Shown here one piece after another: positions 1 to 6,000 of a DNA stretch of 6,000 bases. The notes beneath the pieces are model-generated. The model made no database searches and was not told the origin of the DNA. It saw only the letters and a list, made by a program, of their open reading frames with translations. Both the position numbers and the translations under genes were made by a program. Within the stretch, counting starts at the first letter, position 1, and each line of letters starts with the position of its first letter. This DNA is from Takakia lepidozioides (lineage: Eukaryota > Plantae > Bryophyta). The stretch is taken from assembly GCA_030704615.1 (NCBI GenBank), contig JAKLZA010000042.1, positions 1 to 6,000 of the forward strand, in the 5' to 3' direction.

Positions 1-629
1 AACTGAAGCTGTGGAGGCCGAGACGCTTGCAACCATTATTGACGACATTGATGCAGGGAATTGGGGGGCAGATGGTATGAAGAGGATACAACATCTAGTG
101 ATCCTCTTTCTCTAGATGCCAAACAAGCAATTATTCTGGAAAAGAAACAAGATCTGAATGTAACTTTCAGGTCCCTCCTCATTGAGGATGGAGTTATGGA
201 CATTCCATTGTGTCGCATGATTTCTATGCAGGTTGTTAGGCCCGCCCTTGCCAACGACATCCTAAAGCTTAGAGGAGACTTCTATTCTGGATACCATCCA
301 GGAGCAGCCGTGTTCTATGTTTCTGTTGAGGGGATTGATGGATCTACTGTAGATGTAGGTCCTGATATCATCTCTACATGGGATAGTCATTGGAAAATAG
401 TCAATGATGAGTTTGAGAAGTATCTTGAGTCCAAGCCAAAGTTGCATCATCTTCGGGGGAAGATGTTTCATGTCTGGGATGGGAATCATAGGCTTCAAGC
501 ATGGTATCCCTATATCAATGAAGTTCATGGGGCCAACTTGTCAAGACATGTCTGTGTGACAAGTTGGGTGCTCAATGCGGACATTGAAAATCGTGGTTCC
601 CTCAGGTCCATCATGGATGGAGTGAATGT
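1..629 (+). CDS. Exon 1 (partial): ParB/Sulfiredoxin-like N-terminal domain
   Basis: DIPLCRMISMQVVRP...FYVSV...FHVWDGNHRLQAW (466-504) matches the ParB/Srx DGxHR signature; ends at a consensus donor GTGAGT (630). Bases 2-62 are open in another frame (TEAVEAETLATIIDDIDAGNWG) and join across the G6 run at 63-68. Confidence 0.8.
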
Positions 630-3600
630 GTGAGTTTCCTTTCTATTCTTCATTTACTTTCATGTTCAATGTTGTCATGTTCTTGCTCAATGGATGTACA
701 TATACACATCTTCTTTCTAATGATCATATTTTATATGTGCAGGGCAACAGAGAGGGCACATGTTACATCCAAATTTGTGCACTTGGTTTGCAAGGTCAAT
801 ATGATTGGCCTTACACCTGTCTCTGAATGGAAGAATGTATTGAGGAAAGAGCAATACGACGAATGCATCAAGAAAGCAGGAAAGACTTGGTATAACCTGA
901 CAGTCCATGCAATGACAGAGATTTTGTACAAGGTAACATCATGTCTTAACCAAGTTTCATTCTTTGCATCCATAGACAAGATTCACCTCTGGTTCATGTT
1001 ATGAACTGTTTTGGTTCTTTTGGCAGCATGATATTGTTGAGGCCCAACGCATGGCGGGGGAAGCTTACAAACTTGCTGAGGGGCCAAAGAGTCAAGAGGG
1101 CCTTGAAGATACAATGAGACAGGCTGGATTGAAAGCAAGGGAGCAACACAAGAGTCAGCTTGTGAAGTTGCTTCCTATTGCTGATCCAACCCTTGGAGAG
1201 GGGTTTCTCCAAGAACTTAAACTGCATTGGTCACGTGTAAAGGCAGGATCAGAGGAAATGACCCAAGAGAAAATGGTGAACATTGCTACCGCCCGGGTGG
1301 ATCCTGAAGAAAAGGTGGAATGGCTACATATATGGAATGGAGACCAAACACTTCACGACCGTAATTTTTTTCCACCCGGGCCTATCAGTGGGCCAACACT
1401 TGATCCTTGGCTGAATAGAAGGACTTTTTGGTGGCAGGTACATATACAATCACTATCTTCTCAATGCAATTAATTCATTTTGTTGATGACACATTAACAT
1501 AGTTATTTAACTGACTGTATTTTCTGGCAGCTTCGCAAGGTTGCCTTGGCTCAGTTTGCCTTGTACACCACTCAGCTTGGCCAATTTCATGTTGCCTTGG
1601 AGGAAGGAGAGAGTGAGAGTCTGGGAGACTACATGGATACATGGAAGATGACTCATTTCAATGAGTTGTTTCATAGAGAGTTCTCATTGCCAAAAGGGGC
1701 CATTCAGAGGCAATGATTGGGAACAACAAACAGGTGGTGAGAAGGTGGTGAGACGGATTTTATTCAGGTACCATCTTTCCATTGCATTGTACATGGATAG
1801 TGTATACACCTTGTAAGTCAAAAATGTCTATGCTTCAAGTATTTTCTAGTACATTGGGATATACATGTTTCTTAATGTGCTTGTTCAATTGTTGAACAAG
1901 GTTGCATAAATATTGTCTCCACAATAACTTTGAATGTGTTTGTATTTTAGGTACATGAGATTTGTGCTTGTACCGAGTGATCGACTTAAGGCTGAGCCCA
2001 AGTTTCTGATGGCCTGGAAGTTTGGTGCTCAACAAGCTTCCATGTACACACCTGCAATTGAGGAAGATTGGGGTGTGGAACACCGGGAAGGGGGGGTTGG
2101 TATTGGATATGCCCAGGGTACTATCCCCTATGCAGAAATGGGACTTCATAAGGAATGTGTTCGCAGGCAGTCAGTGAGTGATGAAGGGGGTATCTCCACT
2201 GAAGTCCCTGTTCTTGATCTGGAGCATGCAGAACAGATTGCTACACAGGCCGCTGACGCTGTAGCCCAAGTGGTCCCTGCCGTTGTGGGTGTACCAAAAC
2301 GCAAATCACGAAAAAGAAAAAGTGCGGATGTCAATGCAGGTGTGGCCCCCAATGCAGGTGTGGCTTCTATTGCTGGTCCTATTGGTAGTTCTTCACATCC
2401 TTCAAATCAGTTGGTTGTAGTGCCTGCACCTACTACTCGAGGAAACAAGCCAAAGGCAGGCGAACATCCTTACAGTGCAGTGTCATTTTCTGGTGGTGCA
2501 CCTAGCATGTATCGCATGAAGATCATGCCTACTCATTTCATTGATATGGTGGAGGCCTCAAGTACATCTCCTGATGCGACCTTGAAAGAGCTCATGGAGT
2601 TCTAAAAAATGGGTTTCCCCAACAAACAAACTTGAATGTAAGGAATTCTTCGATGTTTTTATATCCTCATCATCCGGCTATTGACTCCTACATTTTCTGT
2701 ATGTTGTTTGCAGTTGCCAGGAACTTGGTCTAGTGTTTGTGGATGGAAAAAGCGTGCATTGGCTGTGGACATGATCATCGTGGACTGCCCAACAGGAATG
2801 CCTGTACAGGGCTGTTTGGATGGTGTACAGTGTCCTCCCTGGAATGCTTTTGATAAACGGTATTGGGAGTATGCATTCTCCATTGCTAATGACCTGTTGG
2901 ATGACAATGGATGCTTGGTTCTTGCAGGGCTCCGATGATTCATTTGCATTGGAGCTCTTTTCTTACTCCAGGGGCAGCTCTATTTCCGTATTATCAAGGA
3001 AATATACTTGCATCAATACCACCCCTCTACACACTCAGACAGGAAAGGTAAAAATCATCCCTCTTCAATATCTCATTGTTGATGTTTCATCTTCCTACTC
3101 TCATACATATTATTAAACCATCGGGTGCACTGTTTTTGTGGAAATGGCACGTCTAACAGACCATGTTCTTCCACGCCCAGTCCTCACCAAGCAAGCGGGA
3201 GGACTATTCAAACTGCGTGAGTCTGGCAAAGTTGTGGACCCCCTTGCAGACCCTGTTGAGTTGGATGCCATCTACAACCACATTCCAGATGTTGCACTAC
3301 CCATGCAAACTCCTCAACAAGCCTGGAGGGTGCGCGAGACCGTAGTCCCGCCTTCATGCAAGTGGTTGTTGGAGACATGCTCACCTCCTGGCTCCCGCAT
3401 TTTGGATCTCACAGCTGGCACAGGTTTGCATTGGTCTCCATTTGTAATTAAAATCTTCTGAGCTGATTCATGATCATTAATTGATGTGTATCCGATATAA
3501 TATCATCATTGCATGTTTTTTTCCTGCAGGTTCTACATTTATTGCTGCCCGCGAGTCTGGACGTCACGTATTTGGTCTTGAGGGGGACCAGACGTTGTAT

Positions 3601-4132
3601 GCAGCACGTCTCTCTGCACTTCAAAATACTCAACCCGTTTTGGTTTCATCTGTGGTAACTCCAACCATTCAACGTCCTGTGAGTTTGTTGGAACCCCCCG
3701 CTCCTAAGGTGGCGCGCAAGCTTGGTCTTCATCTCGGCAGTACTTCCTAGTGAGTATGTCTCGCCTCCATTCCCTTTGTTGCAATCTCTATATTATTTGC
3801 AAAGCAAACCATTCCCATTTGATTTGTTAACATAAGTATACATGTATGTGTGATGCAGTGATGGGATTGTGCGGACCATCTACGATAGTCTACCCCAAAG
3901 TCCTCTTTCATCGTTTTATCTACCTTCGTATGCCGAGTCCCAAGCTTTGCATTCAATACATCAACAACGTGATGTAGGTCTTTCCAATGATCTCTTGTTT
4001 GACCGAAGAGCAGCTATTGTTGGACAATCCGTGGATAGGTTGCGTAGAGTTGAGGCTTTCATGGATGTGTATGCCTCTGAATCACAGGCTTATGACACGG
4101 ATGATGAAGTATCAGCTGATGATGTTATGTAG
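1..4132 (+). CDS. Multi-exon gene (5'-truncated by the window) encoding a ParB/Srx-like domain fused to a beta-class N4/N6 DNA methyltransferase-like domain; exons <1-629, 743-932, 1027-1437, 1531-1767, 1951-2637, 2714-3047, 3160-3423, 3530-3749, 3859-4132; frameshifted as given (pseudogene or sequence errors)
   Basis: Eight GT-AG introns of 76-183 nt with AT/pyrimidine-rich bodies join the + strand ORF fragments. Junction phases match directly at introns 1, 2, 3, 7 and 8, and after a single-base correction at 4, 5 and 6. Exon sum from base 2 is 3245 nt, plus a net +1 indel correction = 1082 codons including the stop. DGNHR motif near the N-terminus; MTase motif IV-like then motif I near the C-terminus. 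Confidence 0.8.
743..932 (+). CDS. Exon 2 (ATERAHVTSKF...MTEILYK)
   Basis: Acceptor TGTGCAG (742), donor AAG|GTAACA (933); phases match both neighbours. Confidence 0.8.
1027..1437 (+). CDS. Exon 3 (HDIVEAQRMAGE...WLNRRTFWWQ)
   Basis: Acceptor TTTTGGCAG (1026), donor CAG|GTACAT (1438); open frame, phase 0 at both ends. Confidence 0.8.
1531..1767 (+). CDS. Exon 4 (LRKVALAQF...KVVRRILFR), absent from the ORF track, with an internal +1 frameshift near 1692-1699
   Basis: Acceptor TTTCTGGCAG (1530), donor TTCAG|GTACCA (1768). Starts in frame 1 and must end in frame 2; stops at 1649 (frame 2) and 1714 (frame 1) bracket the shift, and the AAAAGGGG run lies between them. Confidence 0.7.
1951..2637 (+). 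CDS. Exon 5: includes a low-complexity linker and NLS-like PKRKSRKRKS; -1 frameshift near 2602
   Basis: Acceptor TATTTTAG (1950), donor AAT|GTAAGG (2638). Restoring one base near 2602 gives ELMEFLKNGFPQQTNLN, in phase with exon 6. Confidence 0.7.
2332..2364 (+). repeat. In-frame 18-bp-period tandem duplication (CAATGCAGGTGTGGC x2; NAGVAP-NAGVAS)
   Basis: Identical 15-mers at 2332-2346 and 2350-2364. Confidence 0.85.
2714..3047 (+). CDS. Exon 6: methyltransferase catalytic-side motifs (VDMIIVDCPTG; LLDDNGCLVL); +1 frameshift near 2927-2929
   Basis: Acceptor TTTGCAG (2713), donor AAG|GTAAAA (3048). Resembles the 'vDlivtDPPY' and 'LkpgGsl.v' segments of N6_N4_Mtase. Confidence 0.72.
3160..3423 (+). 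CDS. Exon 7: MTase motif X and first half of SAM-binding motif I (WLLETCSPPGSRILDLTAGTG)
   Basis: Acceptor CTAACAG (3159), donor CAG|GTTTGC (3424). Matches the 'li...s.pGd.vlDpFaGsG' pattern. Needs a -1 correction near 3180 and probably a compensating pair at about 3329 and 3362. Confidence 0.72.
3530..3749 (+). CDS. Exon 8: remainder of the SAM-binding region (GSTFIAARESGRHVFGLEGD) plus a Pro-rich tail
   Basis: Acceptor TTTTTTCCTGCAG (3529); the phase-1 junction rebuilds DLTAGTGSTFIAA...GR...GLE; donor GTGAGT at 3750. Confidence 0.82.
3859..4132 (+). CDS. Probable exon 9: acidic C-terminal extension (YDGIVRTIYDSLP...DTDDEVSADDVM*)
   Basis: TA|GTGAGT donor at 3750 and ATGCAG acceptor at 3858 create TAT (Tyr), in frame with ORF 3869-4132; the 109-nt intron is similar in size to the others. 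Confidence 0.62.
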
Positions 4133-4460
4133 GTAATTAGAAATTACATATACAATACATTGTCCTCATTGTCAGTCCGAATTTTTTGTTATTTTTTATG
4201 ATACATGTATTTCTCTCTAGTGTAAGGTAAAACAAATGGGGCAAATGACATGGTGTTGAAATCAGATTTCATGTTATCTTCCTGTCATTTGATTTATCTA
4301 TGTAATAGTTTGTACATAGATCTCTACTGCATTTCATAGATCCCTTTACCTTAATGCAAGTTCGACATGCACTTCAGCACTATCAAATTTCATCATTAGT
4401 AAGATCAACCCTTATGAGTATTGTGGCATGTTATGTACACACAGGGTGACTATCTTTATC

Positions 4461-4490
4461 TCATTAGTGTTTCATTTCATTAGTGTTTCA
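4461..4490. repeat. Tandem duplication TCATTAGTGTTTCA x2
   Basis: Identical 14-mers at 4461-4474 and 4477-4490. Confidence 0.85.
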
Positions 4491-4495
4491 AGTCT

Positions 4496-4565
4496 GAATG
4501 GGTAGTGTAGTGGTATGAACTAGGCTTGATACCCGATAGGTTGTGGGTTCTATCTCTGATGGACA
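4496..4565 (+). other. Degenerate tRNA-like sequence (tRNA pseudogene or SINE head)
   Basis: A-box-like TAGTGTAGTGG (4503-4513) and B-box-like GGTTCTATCTC (4546-4556) at tRNA-like spacing; stems do not pair well, so not a functional tRNA; followed by T-rich and A-rich tracts. Confidence 0.35.
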
Positions 4566-4632
4566 TTATGTTTTTGTAAAATAAAAATGTTTCAGAAGAT
4601 AGATATATAGATACTGCAAAACCTATGTAACA

Positions 4633-4677
4633 AAGCTCCCTAGCATTGTCAAGCTCCCTAGCATTCCCTTAGCATTG
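4633..4677. repeat. Short tandem repeat AAGCTCCCTAGCATT x2 plus a partial third copy
   Basis: Copies at 4633-4647 and 4651-4665; partial CCCTTAGCATTG at 4666-4677. Confidence 0.85.
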
Positions 4678-5077
4678 CTCCATTCTGAACTTCAAACTAG
4701 ACTCCCACCATTGGAAGAGCCCGTACCTTCACCATTTGTATCTAACAAGGAGCCGTGCCTCGTCACTTTTTAATTTTTCGACCTTTTTTCTCATGTTGGA
4801 AAGCCATAAAAGCAACATGTTCATCTCCCATTCCTACACTCACCCATGTGGAATAATAATACAATTGAATATAGAATATTCTTATTCCATCCTTTGATAT
4901 TTTGACTATGGACCCTAAGATTAGATGAATCACAATTTTTATTTATTTTTTTGGTACCCTTATTTAAGTGTTGTGCATATAAAATTGTTCCTATGCATAT
5001 CTAAAATTTGTATGCACGCATACATTCCTCCATATGCATGCATTTGTGTGCGCATATAGTATAGGCTACCCCCCCCC

Positions 5078-5371
5078 ATTGATGTCACCCTGCACCTACT
5101 TTCCAGCTTCCAGACCTTTCATCTTGATGCACTTAAACAAGAGACAGACATATGTACCTGAATCTGCTGAAATGCCTCCTTGGTTTAAAGTCTGTAGAGC
5201 CTCTGTCAGTCTGCCTGCCTCACAAAGCATCTTCACATGCCCAGAAGTGCCAAAAGAGGCATTGTGGACTCCCTCTCTTGATCCTCTTTCAGAAGTTGTG
5301 GTCATGGTTGAGGTGCCTGATTTACCAACTGTGCCGTTGCAGCTAGTGCCTTTAGTTGACCATCTACCCAT
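5078..5371 (-). pseudogene. Truncated pentatricopeptide repeat (PLS-class PPR-like) gene fragment
   Basis: VKMLCEAGRLTEALQTLNQGGISADSGTYVCLLFKCIKMKGLEAGK*VQGDI matches the typical first repeats of plant PLS PPRs (LC..GRL.EAL...D..TY..LL..C.....L..GKQVHAHI). TAG at 5096-5098 sits where Gln (CAG) is expected; similarity ends at the C9 run 5069-5077. Stop-interrupted coding-like sequence may extend upstream to about 5750. Confidence 0.75.
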
Positions 5372-5875
5372 GTAGGTTTCTTGTAGCTATTGATCCACAG
5401 GGAATCATAGGTAATCTTGTGCTTGAAATCTGGCCTTCTTGGATGAATCTGGACCCACACTCTATCCCTGCCCCTTCAGCTATCCATGCCTCTCCACAGA
5501 TAGTGCATTCATCCTTGCCTTGAGCTACTAGCAACTAACAGTGACAGCCTAGATTTGTCCTAGGAAACACCCAAGTCAGCTTATCACACTAGTTCCTATG
5601 CTCAATTGCATCTGCTACTCTCTGTAATCCCACAGACATTCATCTTTTTGCCTTGATTGTCCCACCATTGATGACTGGGGTCAGAAAAGTATCCATTCCA
5701 CAGCTTCTCCTTGTCTCTGTTACCTGTTTCTGGATACTTTCCTGTTGTCATATGTTGGCCGTATCATGTCAGTTACTCCAAACTATCAAAGGTCCACTCA
5801 ACCAGCTAACTTGCAGAATTCAACATGAAAATCTAGGTACGACTCTGATAACACGAGAAAAGAGCGCAGCTACTC

Positions 5876-5905
5876 GGCTCACGCTTTGCCCTCTAAGCGT
5901 GAGCC
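5876..5905. repeat. Perfect GC-rich inverted repeat (11-bp stem, 8-nt loop)
   Basis: GGCTCACGCTT (5876-5886) / AAGCGTGAGCC (5895-5905). Confidence 0.85.
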
Positions 5906-6000
5906 CAGGGGTTTAGTGGAGGAAGAAGCAGGCCCCATACCCGAGTCATCTGTTTAGAGAGGGTCCTATTGTCGTGGAAGCAGTTACAGTGCTTAAAAAA

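Noticed and set aside
466-504. Calling the N-terminal domain plant sulfiredoxin (SRX)
   Set aside because: The motif is DGNHR, lacking the catalytic Cys of FxGCHR, and it sits in a protein of over 1000 aa.
2076-2177. Alternate frame LVLDMPRVLSPMQKWDFIRNVF after the G7 run (2090-2096), a possible further compensating frameshift pair
   Set aside because: Both frames are open and there is no motif to decide between them without homologues; not asserted.
2831-2842. CPPW as the DPPW motif of an MT-A70/METTL3-family enzyme
   Set aside because: It has no preceding hydrophobic strand or Asp, and the C-terminal DLTAGTGST...GR...GLE pattern fits N6_N4_Mtase better.
36-3956. Minus-strand ORFs (36-260, 262-528, 717-908, 731-979, 994-1227, 1835-2149, 2146-2352, 2659-2949, 3448-3633, 3747-3956)
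   Set aside because: Short antisense shadows of the + strand gene with no recognisable motifs.
61-4132. Reading the + strand ORFs as a prokaryotic operon of separate small genes
   Set aside because: ORF ends run into AT-rich tracts bounded by canonical GT-AG sites, no RBS pattern is evident, and motif I is only complete after splicing.
4201-4221. Palindrome ATACATGTAT followed by CTAG|T as a Helitron end
   Set aside because: The palindrome is short, AT-rich and loopless; the CTAG is better explained as a splice-acceptor-like site.
4496-4565. Functional tRNA gene
   Set aside because: Acceptor, D and anticodon stems do not pair and the T-loop is TTCTA rather than TTCGA; kept only as a degenerate relic.
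4461-4677. CRISPR-like array
   Set aside because: Only two copies of each 14-15-bp unit with 2-3-nt gaps, no spacers, and a eukaryotic context.
5034-5916. Plus-strand ORFs 5034-5375, 5152-5346 and 5653-5916
   Set aside because: Antisense to the PPR remnant or its upstream region, with no recognisable protein features.
5901-5916. Telo-box (AAACCCTA) and site II promoter motifs for the PPR gene
   Set aside because: The telo-box match is imperfect (AAACCCCT) and such short motifs occur by chance.

Overview
AT-rich eukaryotic genomic DNA, most likely from a land plant (short GT-AG introns and a PPR gene remnant; the lineage cannot be fixed from sequence alone). Bases 1-4132 (+) hold one 5'-truncated, 9-exon gene that the ORF track shows only as fragments. 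Manual splicing (introns 630-742, 933-1026, 1438-1530, 1768-1950, 2638-2713, 3048-3159, 3424-3529, 3750-3858) gives a protein of about 1080 aa or more. It has an N-terminal ParB/Sulfiredoxin-fold domain (VRP...FHVWDGNHRLQAW), a central region of unknown function, a basic NLS-like linker, and a C-terminal bacterial-type beta-class N4C/N6A DNA amino-methyltransferase-like domain (VDMIIVDCPTG ... ILDLTAGTG|STFIAARESGRHVFGLE). The reconstruction needs about 7 single-base indels, mostly in homopolymers, and no nonsense substitutions, so it is either a recent pseudogene or an intact gene with long-read errors. Downstream are a degenerate tRNA-like (A-box/B-box) segment, short tandem duplications, a truncated minus-strand PPR pseudogene fragment and a GC-rich perfect hairpin resembling a Helitron 3' end.
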